Shown: in pieces, positions 9,892-20,267 of the stretch
Numbering within the stretch: the stretch's first letter is position 1
Layout: every line of letters starts with the position of its first letter
Source: Oligoflexia bacterium
Lineage (GTDB): Bacteria; Bdellovibrionota; UBA1018
Direction: 5' to 3'
Assembly (NCBI GenBank): GCA_043732485.1
Contig: JAYTHP010000114.1
Coordinates: 10,006 to 74,005, forward strand
DNA: 64,000 nt
Notes under the pieces: model-generated
Seen by the model: only the letters and a program-made list of their open reading frames with translations
What the model was told of the DNA's origin: nothing
Databases searched by the model: none
Position numbers and translations under genes: made by a program

Positions 9892-11084
9892 AGTCAGTAG
9901 CCTCAATGCCGACGACCACCCTCTCCACCACCACTCACCTGAGACTGATTGGCATGCTGCTCAGCGGCCTAGGAGCCCTGCTTGCGGCTTTTAGCTCCTG
10001 GCACTTTTATGCGGTGCGCGGCGGCACGGCCCAGTTCCAGTCCTTTTGTCACTTTGGTCAGACCTTAAACTGCGATCAAGTGGCCGCCAGCCGATTTGCC
10101 GAGCTTTTTTGGGGCCTGCCCCTTTCCAGCCTAGGCTTAGGGGGGTTTTTAGGCTTAGCTTTTGCGTTTTTTTGGCAAAAAAAGCCTGATTGGCACAAGC
10201 CCGCAGCCCGGTGGATCCTGCTGCTCACCCTGGCTTTTTCTGGGATTTCTTTGCTTTATCTCGTCTTGATGCTGACCCAAATCAAGACCCTTTGTCTGAT
10301 GTGTCTCTTGATTGACCTGATCAACCTCACGCTTTTGGGGGTGGCCTGGCAACTCAACCGAAGGCAGCAGGCCAGTCAGCCGTCTTTTGCCTTCAAGCCC
10401 TGGGGAGCGATGGCAACTACCACGTTTGCCTGGATTGCACTGTCCTTGTTCGGATTGCACGCCCTGCTTGCGGCGCCAGAAGACACCACCGCCATCCAGC
10501 GTTTGGTCAAGGAAATACTGGCTACGCCCCGCTGGCCAGTCAGCTTGCCTGAAGCGGTGCTCGAGCGTCAGCCGACAGCGCCCATCCAGGTGGTGGAATT
10601 TAGTGACTTTCAGTGCCCTTATTGCAGCGTCGGGGCGCTGACCCTAAACGCGGTGTTGAATCACTATCCCCATAAAATTCAAGTCTTTTTTCGCAACTAT
10701 CCGCTCGATCAAAGCTGTAATCCTAAAATTCCTACCACCTTGCATCCAGCCGCCTGCGAAGCTGCCAAGGTTGTCCTTTGTGCGCAAAAACTCGGCAAGT
10801 TTGCGGACGTCTACCCATCGCTCTTTGAGCAGCAGGCAAGCTTTGTGCCGGGGTTTCCTACCCAGCTTGCAGCCCGCTTGCTCCCGCAAGCTGACTGGCA
10901 AGCCTGCTTACAAAGTCCACAAACTGCTGAATTACTGGCCTTGGACCTACAAGCGGCTGAGAGTTTACAAGTCAAGTCGACGCCCACCTTCTTTATTAAC
11001 GGCTACCGCATGGAAGGGGCCTACCCGGTGGCAGCCTGGATTGCCCTGATCGATCAGCTCTTACAAGAAGCGGATCATCACTAA
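9888..11084 (+). CDS. vitamin K epoxide reductase (VKOR)-DsbA fusion
   Basis: VKOR FCHFGQTLNCDQVAAS and CLMC. DsbA EFSDFQCPYC and STPTFFING. The GTG overlaps the ccdA stop. Confidence 0.9.
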   Translation: MKSVASMPTTTLSTTTHLRLIGMLLSGLGALLAAFSSWHFYAVRGGTAQFQSFCHFGQTLNCDQVAASRFAELFWGLPLSSLGLGGFLGLAFAFFWQKKPDWHKPAARWILLLTLAFSGISLLYLVLMLTQIKTLCLMCLLIDLINLTLLGVAWQLNRRQQASQPSFAFKPWGAMATTTFAWIALSLFGLHALLAAPEDTTAIQRLVKEILATPRWPVSLPEAVLERQPTAPIQVVEFSDFQCPYCSVGALTLNAVLNHYPHKIQVFFRNYPLDQSCNPKIPTTLHPAACEAAKVVLCAQKLGKFADVYPSLFEQQASFVPGFPTQLAARLLPQADWQACLQSPQTAELLALDLQAAESLQVKSTPTFFINGYRMEGAYPVAAWIALIDQLLQEADHH

Positions 11085-11244
11085 AACGTGGGGAAAGGCG
11101 GGGGAGTCCTCTTATGAGTATCAATGACCAGCAGCAGCCGTCTTCAGCTTTAGCCTCCTCCTCTTCCTCCTCCTACCCCCTGCCGTTCATGAACTGCAGT
11201 GCGGCTCAGGGCCCGCAAATGCCCAAGAAAAGTAGCCGCGTCCT

Positions 11245-12174
11245 ATGAGCTTTGCCCCAGATCATCCTCAACAAGCGAGTCACGACGCGAGTGCTTCTTC
11301 TCGTGACTCGTCTAGTAAGGCTTGCTTCCCTCTCATTGACTCACACTGTCATTTGTCGCATCCCTACCATAGCGGCGTTTCACCCGCCCAGCTGATCCAA
11401 GAGGGGTTAGAAGCGGGCGTGCAGTATTTTTTGAACGTCGGCACACAATTGTCAGACCTCAAGCCGTTAGCGCAACTCTCAGAGACCCACCCCGAAGTTT
11501 TTCACTCAGTCGGGATCCACCCGCAAGACGCCGCAGAAATTCACCAACCTGACGCCCTGGCTCAGCTGCAAAGTGCCGCCCAACACCCCCGCTGTCTGGC
11601 GATCGGTGAGATCGGGCTGGATGCCGCTTACCCACAACCCCCGCTTGCCTTACAACTCGAGGCCCTCAACCGGCAACTCGAGCTAGCAGTGGAGCTCGAG
11701 TTGCCGGTGATCATTCATAGCAGACAAGCCGAAGAGCCTTTACTTGCGGCCCTCACTCAAGCTGCAAGCATGGCCGCTAGTCGTCACCGCAGACTGCGCG
11801 GAGTGATTCACTGTTTTAGTGGCACGCTGGAGTTTGGTCAGGCGTGCATTGACTTAGGGTTTTACCTGTCGTTTTCAGGCATTCTCACCTTTAAAAAGGC
11901 CGAGGAGGTGAGGACTGCAGCCAAAGTCCTACCCTTGGCACGCCTGCTGCTTGAAACCGACTCACCCTTTTTAGCCCCCCTCCCCCATCGCGGCAAGCCG
12001 TGCCGTCCGGCGATGATTGTGCAAACTGCGAAAGTCTTAGCCGAAGTTAAGCAACTGCCGCTTGAGGAAGTTGCCAGGCGCACCACGCAAAATAGCTGTG
12101 AGCTGTTCGGTCTGCCTGCTGCCGCCTTCACTTTTTCACCTGCCCTGTCTCCGCCACCCCTGTCTATCCCCTGA
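11245..12174 (+). CDS. tatD: TatD family hydrolase
   Basis: IDSHCHL, GIHP, GEIGLD, IIHSR, HCFSG, LETDSPFLAP. Confidence 0.93.
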   Translation: MSFAPDHPQQASHDASASSRDSSSKACFPLIDSHCHLSHPYHSGVSPAQLIQEGLEAGVQYFLNVGTQLSDLKPLAQLSETHPEVFHSVGIHPQDAAEIHQPDALAQLQSAAQHPRCLAIGEIGLDAAYPQPPLALQLEALNRQLELAVELELPVIIHSRQAEEPLLAALTQAASMAASRHRRLRGVIHCFSGTLEFGQACIDLGFYLSFSGILTFKKAEEVRTAAKVLPLARLLLETDSPFLAPLPHRGKPCRPAMIVQTAKVLAEVKQLPLEEVARRTTQNSCELFGLPAAAFTFSPALSPPPLSIP

Positions 12175-12751
12175 TAACCGGAACTGTTAACCCGGGCACG
12201 CAAAACCCGCTTACCCATGAGGGCAGTCGCTTTTCTAGGTCTTTTTTTTGGTATTTCACCGCTGAACGCAGCTTTATTTTTTTCAGTAAATTTATTTAAA
12301 AAATAGACTGACTATTTAGCTAGTCAAAAGATTGATGATGTGTTAGTTTCAGCTCCAAGCTATGAATTTAGGACTCAAAAATTTTAAATTCATCAAACAA
12401 ACCTCAACCTGAGCGCTGTTTTGTCTCAATCTGCCTGATGATCTCATGGTCTTTACTGATGGTCCAATCGTTTTGATAAACGAGGTGACTTATAACTCGG
12501 TGACCTGGAACATGTCTCTTGCTGAGCTGCGGTTTTTCCAACAAAACGTCCTAACATGACGGTTTTTTCCTTTTGATGGCGAATATTTAAGCTCAACTCA
12601 ACATGAAAGATTTAAGGCTATGGGTGGTGTATTTTTTTCTCTTTTTGATGGTCCGTCAAGCAAAAGCCTAAAATTTTTAGGTGTTTTGAAGAGTAAAAAT
12701 GCGCCTAAGATCTAGACAAAAATGGTGCTCCCAACCCTTAGGAGTACCCTT

Positions 12752-14044
12752 ATGCAGCATTTTAATGAACTTCAATTACCCGATCCTCTTCGTAAAGCGA
12801 TTGCCATGATGAATTATCAGATCCCTACCCCGATTCAGGCGCAGGCGATCCCGGCGATTTTAACCCACCGCGATGTCATCGGCTGTGCCCAGACGGGCAC
12901 TGGCAAGACCGCCTCTTTTTGTATCCCGATGATTGCAAGACTGATGCGCTTACCCCAGAAAATTGCCCTAATTCTGGTGCCAACCCGCGAGTTGGGCTCA
13001 CAAATCCTAGAAGTGGTGCAGCAGCTGACGGCTTTTTCCCCGGAGTTGACCGGCAATTTACTGATTGGTGGCGTTTCGATGCAAAATCAGCTGCGGGCGA
13101 TCAAAAAACGTCCTCAGATCCTGATTGCCACCCCAGGCAGACTAGTCGATCACCTGAAGCGCGGGACGGTATCTTTGTCAGCCACTGAGATTTTAGTGCT
13201 CGATGAGGCCGATCGCATGCTGGATATGGGCTTTGCGCCGCAGTTGAATGAAATTTTACGCTTCATCCCAAAAACCAGGCAAACCCTGTTTTTCTCAGCC
13301 ACTTTACCGAGCGATATTGAGAAACTGTCGAGTCGCTTCTTAAAAGAGCCCATTCGCATCACGGTGGGCGCGGTTTCGCAACCGGTGACCTTGATTCAGC
13401 AATCGGTGGTTGAGACGACGGTGGCAAAAAAGAACGACACCTTAATGGACCAGCTGAATAGCCGTCAAGGCTCCGTGCTGGTCTTTGCTCGCACCAAGTC
13501 ACGCACCGACCGCGTCACGCGCTATCTTGAGTCCTATGGACACTTAGTGACCAGGTTGCACGGGGGTCGCAGTCAGGGTCAGCGCAACTTAGCGGTCGCG
13601 GGTTTTAAAGAAGGGCGATTTCGCATTCTCGTGGCCACCGACATTGCCGCTCGCGGAATTGATATTTCGCTCATCGCGCATGTCATTAACTATGATTTGC
13701 CGCAAGCACCGGAAGATTACATCCACCGCATCGGACGCACGGCGCGAGCCGGTGCAACGGGCGAAGCAGTATCCTTGTTGACGCCTGAAGATAAGTTACA
13801 GTGGCGCGAAATTTCAAAGCTTTTATCGAAAAGCAACACCCCACTGCCAAGCCTTGCAACCAGTGCCCCAACTACCAGCAAACGTCCCCTCAAAGCGCCA
13901 GTTGCAGGCAAGCTACCGCAAATGGCGAGTGCGGCGAGTAACAACCTGCGTCGCGTGGTAAAACCTAGGGGCTCAGACGAGAGCGGGCATCCTGAGCAGC
14001 CTTTACCCAATTTGCTGCGTGGCGCGTTGCCGCTTACGAAATAG
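12752..14044 (+). CDS. DEAD-box RNA helicase
   Basis: PTPIQ, AQTGTGKT, PTREL, TPGRL, DEAD, SAT, ARGID, HRIGRTAR. AGGAG upstream of ATG 12752. Confidence 0.95.
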   Translation: MQHFNELQLPDPLRKAIAMMNYQIPTPIQAQAIPAILTHRDVIGCAQTGTGKTASFCIPMIARLMRLPQKIALILVPTRELGSQILEVVQQLTAFSPELTGNLLIGGVSMQNQLRAIKKRPQILIATPGRLVDHLKRGTVSLSATEILVLDEADRMLDMGFAPQLNEILRFIPKTRQTLFFSATLPSDIEKLSSRFLKEPIRITVGAVSQPVTLIQQSVVETTVAKKNDTLMDQLNSRQGSVLVFARTKSRTDRVTRYLESYGHLVTRLHGGRSQGQRNLAVAGFKEGRFRILVATDIAARGIDISLIAHVINYDLPQAPEDYIHRIGRTARAGATGEAVSLLTPEDKLQWREISKLLSKSNTPLPSLATSAPTTSKRPLKAPVAGKLPQMASAASNNLRRVVKPRGSDESGHPEQPLPNLLRGALPLTK

Positions 14045-14162
14045 CGCTAGCAAAGCGATGGCGCACTGACCCTTTTCCGCAACAACAACGTCATCATCCG
14101 CAAAAAATAACCGTGTCAGGAGAGAGATAACAAGAGAAGAGGAAGCAGACGGCGCTTGCCTC

Positions 14163-14987
14163 TTAATCTCCTGACGCTTTTTTTACGAGCGGAAAAGAGC
14201 GCCCGAAGAAATCCTGGCCAAAATCGCGCTCACCGCCTGGATGGAGGTGGCTCACAAAGCCCACAACCTTGCTGGGAGATTGTTCCTCTAGCGGCAAACT
14301 TCGCACCTTATAATAGGTTTCACTCGGTTGACCCTGCAGTAGAAAATTTTTCTCAATGATTTTAAGTTCACTGCTGCCTGCGGCATCAAAAGCCATAAAC
14401 TCCAACACGTTTTTGGCATACTTAATTCTGTGATCGCTGGTAAACCCCAGATTGACGGTGAGGCGGGGCCCGCCAATATACTCAACGCGCGAAGTTGATC
14501 GCAGGCCGGATTGCAGCCGGAGGCTAAAACTAATTCTGCGGTCACCATTATTGCGGGTGGTGGTCCACTCTTTTTTGTCATCCGCCACCGGGCTTACAGC
14601 TTCTTGCCACAAGAGCGGGTAAAAGCCAAACGGATGGCGAACCAGGTGATTGCCTAAAAACTTGGCAAGCACGACTTGCAAGAAATCAAACTCCTTAAAC
14701 TCCACCTCTAAATCAGGCTCGCACAAGCTGCTCCAATCAAAATTGTTCAACGGGTAGTACTTTTTCGCTAAAGCCGCTTGCGTTTGCACAAGCAAGCGGA
14801 GTGGCGGGCGGCCGGCCTGGAGCCGGCACCTGGGAGCCGCTCTCACCCCTTGCAAACCCACTCTGGCTGCGGCAGGCGGTGACATCACGCGACCACTCAC
14901 AGCGGCTGAGGCGGCCCCCCCAAAAAGTAGAAAAAAGCATGAAAAATGAATACTTACTAAGCAAAAGCCTATTGATCGTTGAGTCAT
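14163..14987 (-). CDS. hypothetical exported protein
   Basis: Long ORF with hydrophobic N-terminus ending AASA. No recognised motif. Confidence 0.55.
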   Translation of the reverse strand: MTQRSIGFCLVSIHFSCFFLLFGGAASAAVSGRVMSPPAAARVGLQGVRAAPRCRLQAGRPPLRLLVQTQAALAKKYYPLNNFDWSSLCEPDLEVEFKEFDFLQVVLAKFLGNHLVRHPFGFYPLLWQEAVSPVADDKKEWTTTRNNGDRRISFSLRLQSGLRSTSRVEYIGGPRLTVNLGFTSDHRIKYAKNVLEFMAFDAAGSSELKIIEKNFLLQGQPSETYYKVRSLPLEEQSPSKVVGFVSHLHPGGERDFGQDFFGRSFPLVKKASGD

Positions 14988-15325
14988 GTACACACACTCT
15001 CTTTCTTTCTTTCTCCTGAGTGCCTGTGCCACCTAAACATTGACACTGCCTCACGCCACCGACATCCCGCTCCACAGCAGACGCGTTTTTTTTGCAAGCT
15101 ACGGCTGCCAAAAAGAGCTCTGTGTTCCTTATTCAAGGTTAGACGAATTGGCAAAAAGAGCCAACTATTAATTAAATTAATAATTTATGTTTTTAAATAA
15201 TCTGGATTCGCGAACTAACAAAATCGGGATAGGATCAACTTTTGCAACTTTTGGCAAAAAGAAATAAGGAGGAGTTCCGAAAAAAAGAGTGCACTGCCCT
15301 GAAGTTCACTGCAAAGTCTGCACGC

Positions 15326-17821
15326 TTACAGCTCACCCATGGCTTGCGGCGCAGCCGGCCTTGCGCCAAAGAACTTACTCTGGCTGAGCCAAGCGATCAG
15401 CCTGGACCAGAGCGCTGGAAAAAATGAGGGTCCTTGAGGGGGAGACGGTGCAACGTCAACCACACCGGCAGGCAGCGCTTGATCAAGCGCTCCCGCTGCA
15501 CTCGGTAAAGCCTCCACAATCGCTTGCAGTAACCCTGGCGCCCGAAACGATCCCCAACCCACCGAGTCATTATAGGCGTCCTTCTCAGCTGGAAAGAGTA
15601 AGTTGTTGCTTTGGTCACTGACTGAGTAAAACGAGCGCGAAAATGCGTCAGGCGCCTGTCCTAGTTCATACAACAACGGGTTAAAATAGCCCAAAGGCCC
15701 CCGGTGTGCGTCTGCCAACGCCTGATTGACGCAAGCGGCAAAGCCCGCCCAGATCGGAGCAGCGGCACTCGTCCCTCCCACCCCGGTCCACTGCTGCACG
15801 CCACTGCCATCGGTAAATAACACTAAATACGGAGTGGCGGCGTTTAAAGCCACATCAGGCACGTTACGCCGCTCACTGGACACGCGGTTGTTTGCGGTGG
15901 CTAAGCCTTCTTGAAACTGAGGCAGCGGCCAGTAACGACTCACCCCTCCTCCGCCTCCGCCTGCTCGCCCATTCATCTGACTAAACCTGCTACCATCGCT
16001 TTGTCCCGTGCTCGTCAGACCCCAGCTCGATTCTGAGCCATAAGTGCCATCACTGTTCAGAGTGAGGGTGGTGCCGCCCACGCCTGTGACATAAGGCTGG
16101 CTTGCTGGCTCATCCACCGTTGGCGTGCTGGCTGCTTGATCATTACCATAAGCTCCGTTATCGCCTGCTGCCGCAAAAACCGTCTGCCCCTGCAACGCCA
16201 TCCGCTTAAAAATCGCTTGCAAGGCCAGCGCAAAGGGAGTGGGTCCGGCTGCGCCTACCACTTCTGGCGAACCCCACGACGTGCTCACCACCGAGGCGCG
16301 GTGTTCAGCGGCGATTTGTCCATAAAGCGCAATAATATTAGCGTTGGATCCGGCCGCAGCCTGGTAGACTAAGATTTCTTTCAGCCGAGGCGCCGCAGCT
16401 AAAGCCAACTCAATGTCTAAGACCACTTCCAGCGAATTTCCTCCAGACGGCGCCTGCAGCGACCGGGGACGCACCCGGGTCACCCGCGGGTACGGCTTGG
16501 GAAACGGCCAGACGGTGTTGGCAAGATAATCTTGGATGTCTTGATCGGAGTAATCCGCCAGCTCAAAGAGGGCTAAGGTCTGACCTGCGCCTTGCTGTGC
16601 TAACTGATCGAGGCCATAAGCTTTTCTGAGCACGGGCGGTGTGATCAAGCCAAGACTGGCTGACGATCCCTCAAAAGCGATCGCATCGGCTGGAGCGGTA
16701 AACGGACTTTCACAGCTCGACGCAGGCTGCGACTCAGTCTGCCCCTGGGACTCGAAAGCCCACCACCCGCGGCGCCTCGGCACTGATGACGCAGTGGAAG
16801 AAGGCGCAAGACATCTCCATTGCTCATCACCCTCGTCATCTGGTCTCTCTGCTGCCTCTCCCCCCGCTGCTTGTCCTCGCACGCCTTTCTCACCCACTTG
16901 CGACTCTTGCGTCTCTTGCGACCTTTGCAAATGATGAGAGGATCGTCTTTTGATATGGATGGGGGTTTTTTGTAAGCCTCCCATGCGCCGGTTGGCGGAA
17001 AACTCATTCAGCCCGACAATGGCATGAATGAACGGAGCGATCACCGCTGGAACCGAGGGCGCGTCTTTGATTCCCCGCACCAGGCGAGGCGTGCGAGGCA
17101 GAGCGCTTGTTGCCTCAAAGTGATAGATCTTGCGATTTTGATGCCCCAACAGCAGTTGATGCTGCGGAGTTTTCACTTGCAAGTGATGCGAATCCGATTC
17201 CTCCAGCACCTGGTAATCAATGACTGGCGTTAAAAAAGTATCTTCGATTTGCTGCGGTGTCCCGGCAAACGATAAAACCCCACTGTGCGGGCTCTCTTGC
17301 GGCAGGTGCCTGATGCCGTGCGCTGTCAGGTGCTGAATGACGAGCGCCGTTTCACTTTCCCTCAGACCATGCTGCTCATGAAACTGCTCGGAGCTCAAAA
17401 ATTGCCGAAATTGCGACGAACGAGGATCCAACACCTCAGCTAAGTGCCGATCCAACCCCTCAACGTCGCGATAACCGAGCACCACTGAGAAGTGCATTTC
17501 CTCTTGCAGCCCCTGCTGGGTGAGACCTGGCGTGCGCTTGAAAGAAAAGCGACTCATCACTGGTTCCAGTCGACCAGGAAGGTAGGCTGCCTCATGGTGC
17601 TCTGCTAGCTTGACAAAATCACCTGGAGCCAGCAAGTCGGAGGCGGCGGCGGCCAGGGGCGTTACACCAGATGCGCTCAGTAAACCTAGAGCAAAAGCGG
17701 AGACAGCGACGTAATCGCGCCAAACTACTCTTTGCCTGATGCGCCGCCGCCTGGTGGCTTGCGCCCTGCTTGCTCGTTGATACATTCCCTTCACCCTGCT
17801 CTGGCGTAGTTGATCACTCAT
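15326..17821 (-). CDS. S53 (sedolisin/kumamolisin) peptidase with pro-domain
   Basis: Pro-domain DPRSSQFRQFLSSEQF. Catalytic EVVLDIE, AAGDNG, GGTSAAAP. STSWG, RNVPDVA. Start codon uncertain. Confidence 0.92.
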   Translation of the reverse strand: MSDQLRQSRVKGMYQRASRAQATRRRRIRQRVVWRDYVAVSAFALGLLSASGVTPLAAAASDLLAPGDFVKLAEHHEAAYLPGRLEPVMSRFSFKRTPGLTQQGLQEEMHFSVVLGYRDVEGLDRHLAEVLDPRSSQFRQFLSSEQFHEQHGLRESETALVIQHLTAHGIRHLPQESPHSGVLSFAGTPQQIEDTFLTPVIDYQVLEESDSHHLQVKTPQHQLLLGHQNRKIYHFEATSALPRTPRLVRGIKDAPSVPAVIAPFIHAIVGLNEFSANRRMGGLQKTPIHIKRRSSHHLQRSQETQESQVGEKGVRGQAAGGEAAERPDDEGDEQWRCLAPSSTASSVPRRRGWWAFESQGQTESQPASSCESPFTAPADAIAFEGSSASLGLITPPVLRKAYGLDQLAQQGAGQTLALFELADYSDQDIQDYLANTVWPFPKPYPRVTRVRPRSLQAPSGGNSLEVVLDIELALAAAPRLKEILVYQAAAGSNANIIALYGQIAAEHRASVVSTSWGSPEVVGAAGPTPFALALQAIFKRMALQGQTVFAAAGDNGAYGNDQAASTPTVDEPASQPYVTGVGGTTLTLNSDGTYGSESSWGLTSTGQSDGSRFSQMNGRAGGGGGGVSRYWPLPQFQEGLATANNRVSSERRNVPDVALNAATPYLVLFTDGSGVQQWTGVGGTSAAAPIWAGFAACVNQALADAHRGPLGYFNPLLYELGQAPDAFSRSFYSVSDQSNNLLFPAEKDAYNDSVGWGSFRAPGLLQAIVEALPSAAGALDQALPAGVVDVAPSPPQGPSFFPALWSRLIAWLSQSKFFGARPAAPQAMGEL

Positions 17822-18707
17822 GAGACTCCCCTTACCCGCTGCAATTTTTTTTTAAATTTTTTGACCCTGTCACCACGGTCGCCCCACACGCACCCTCGCC
17901 CTGAGCTCTACCGCTCAGGATCCTCCGTATTAGGCCATAGCGCATCTGCCGCCAAAAAGCTGACGACACACATGACTTGCAGTCCTTTTTTTCTTGTTCT
18001 CTTGTGCTGTCTCCTCTTGCACTCAAGCTTTCCCAAGCACTAAGGACTGGGGGAGATGATGGACAGGGAACAAAAAACCCGACGCAATCACAGCACCCAA
18101 GCGCTCTATCTCCTCCTCTACTCGTCTTTAAAAATATTTGTTCCCGCATGCTATGTCAATTTTATTTTTATTTTCCTCAATCCTCAAACCGTGCGCACTT
18201 TTTTGCACACCCTTGAACCAAGAAGGTGCGCTTTTTTAGGCCCGCGCTGTTTGTATCCTACTCCTACTGCTGCTACCACTAGCACCTCCCCCACCCACGG
18301 CTATCTCGTTGGCAGAGATCGGCACCCCCGACGATTGAGTTCGCCAACGACGACGACGATACTCCACCAACGAGGCACCCTTTAAGTTTAAGGAAACGGA
18401 GACCAGGAGCGCTTTGGGTGCTGGGTGCTGGGTGTTTTTAAAAAGAAAAACTTACTAGTCTATGACTAGCCAATAACCCGCGATGAGCAGAAGACGAGAA
18501 AAGGAAAAAACCAAAAGCGAAAAAAAAGCCTACTCAAGAGCGGAGCAACACTGCTCACGCCCAAGCCACAAGTCAGCTTACTTCAACCTAGCGAGCTGAC
18601 GACGGGTTCTGCTCCCCCTCAAACCACTCTTTTTGCACAACCAAAACCGCTTAAGCAAAGTTAAACTGCTCCAAGCAAGCCCCCCCCCGGGGAACCCACG
18701 CGCGCTC

Positions 18708-20144
18708 TTAAGAGTGAATCTGCCTCTGATTCACGGCCATCGCCGCTTCCTTAACCACTTCCGATAGTGTCGGATGGGCATGCGTCGTGCGCGCTAAATC
18801 ATCGGCGCTCCCGCCATACTCCATAACGAGCACCCCTTCGGCAATCAAATCGCTCGCCCAAGGCCCGACGATGTGCATGCCTAAGAGTCGATCGGTCTTA
18901 GGATCCGCTAGGATCTTCACAAATCCTTCGGTCGATTGAATGACCTTAGCGCGGCCGTTGGCATTAAAAGAAAACTGCCCTACTTTATAGGCGACACCCT
19001 TGCCTTTTAGCTCTTCTTCCGTCCAGCCACACGACGCCACTTCAGGCCAGGTGTAAATCACGTTGGGAATCGCTGGGTAATTGACATGCCCTGCTTGCCC
19101 CACCATGCACTCCACCGCAGCAATTCCCTCTTTTTCCGCCTTGTGGGCGAGCATCGGTCCTGCAATTAAATCACCGACTGCAAAAATTCCGGGCACTGCC
19201 GTTTGAAAATGCCCATCGACTTCCAGCCTACCGGCGGCATTGGTCTGCAAACCGACTTTCTCTAAGCCCAAGCCCTCAGAATAAGGCTTGCGCCCGGTTG
19301 CAACCAGCACATGACTGCAAGCAAGCTCACTGACTTGTTGCGTTAATCGATCTTCCAGCTGCACTTGACACGGCTGCTGCCCGTCGTTACCGCCGTCCCC
19401 CCACTTAGCGCCTAAACAGCGGGTGTTCAGCAGAAAATTTAACCCTTGTTTTTTAAGCAACTTCATCAACTCGGCTGCAAGCTGCCCATCCACCCCCGCA
19501 CAAATCCGCTCCTGGTACTCCACTACGGTGACTTTGGCACCCAAGCGACTCCACACCGAGCCCAACTCGACCCCAATCACCCCACCACCAATAATCACCA
19601 AGTGTTCTGGTACTTGGCTAAGCGACAAGGCACCCGTCGAGCTGAAGACCCGTTTTTCATCAAACGGCAAAAACGGCAACTCCACAGGCACGCTGCCGGT
19701 GGCAAGCAAGACTTTTTTAGCCTGCACTTGACTCACCGCACCATCTTCAGCGAGCACTTCCAAGACTTGGCCTTGCGCACTGGCACTGAGTAAACTGGCC
19801 TTCCCGCGCAGCGCGGTGACCTTGTTTTTCTTCAGTAAGAAGCTGACTCCGGTGACCAATTGCTTAACCACTTCACTTTTTCGCTTCATCATTTGGGCTA
19901 AATCAAGCTGCACTTGCGGGAGTTGAATCCCGTGCGAGGCGAACTGCGTTTTCGCCTGCACGAAATGCTCACTCGATTCCAGCAGCGCTTTGGAGGGAAT
20001 ACAACCGACGTTCAAGCAAGTCCCACCCCAAGTCGCGTCCTTTTCAATGGCAGCCACCTTGAGTCCAAGCTGCGCTGCTCGAATCGCAGCCACATAACCC
20101 GCCGGACCTCCCCCCACCACCACTAAATCAAATTGCTCTTGCAT
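18708..20144 (-). CDS. lpdA: dihydrolipoyl dehydrogenase
   Basis: GGGPAGYVAA, GGTCLNVGCIPSK, HAHPTLSE. Confidence 0.97.
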   Translation of the reverse strand: MQEQFDLVVVGGGPAGYVAAIRAAQLGLKVAAIEKDATWGGTCLNVGCIPSKALLESSEHFVQAKTQFASHGIQLPQVQLDLAQMMKRKSEVVKQLVTGVSFLLKKNKVTALRGKASLLSASAQGQVLEVLAEDGAVSQVQAKKVLLATGSVPVELPFLPFDEKRVFSSTGALSLSQVPEHLVIIGGGVIGVELGSVWSRLGAKVTVVEYQERICAGVDGQLAAELMKLLKKQGLNFLLNTRCLGAKWGDGGNDGQQPCQVQLEDRLTQQVSELACSHVLVATGRKPYSEGLGLEKVGLQTNAAGRLEVDGHFQTAVPGIFAVGDLIAGPMLAHKAEKEGIAAVECMVGQAGHVNYPAIPNVIYTWPEVASCGWTEEELKGKGVAYKVGQFSFNANGRAKVIQSTEGFVKILADPKTDRLLGMHIVGPWASDLIAEGVLVMEYGGSADDLARTTHAHPTLSEVVKEAAMAVNQRQIHS

Positions 20145-20267
20145 GGACTAATGCCTCTTTCGTTTTCCAAAAAAAAACGCTTTTTTTCGCTGAATTATTT
20201 TTCAATGTTGCTGCTACTACTACTCCTACTTGCGCAGGCACGCGTACACACGCGCGCCCAACCCCCG

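Noticed and set aside
17830..18700. Small ORFs in the S53-lpdA intergenic region
   Set aside because: Low-complexity, overlapping on both strands, with no RBS or motifs.
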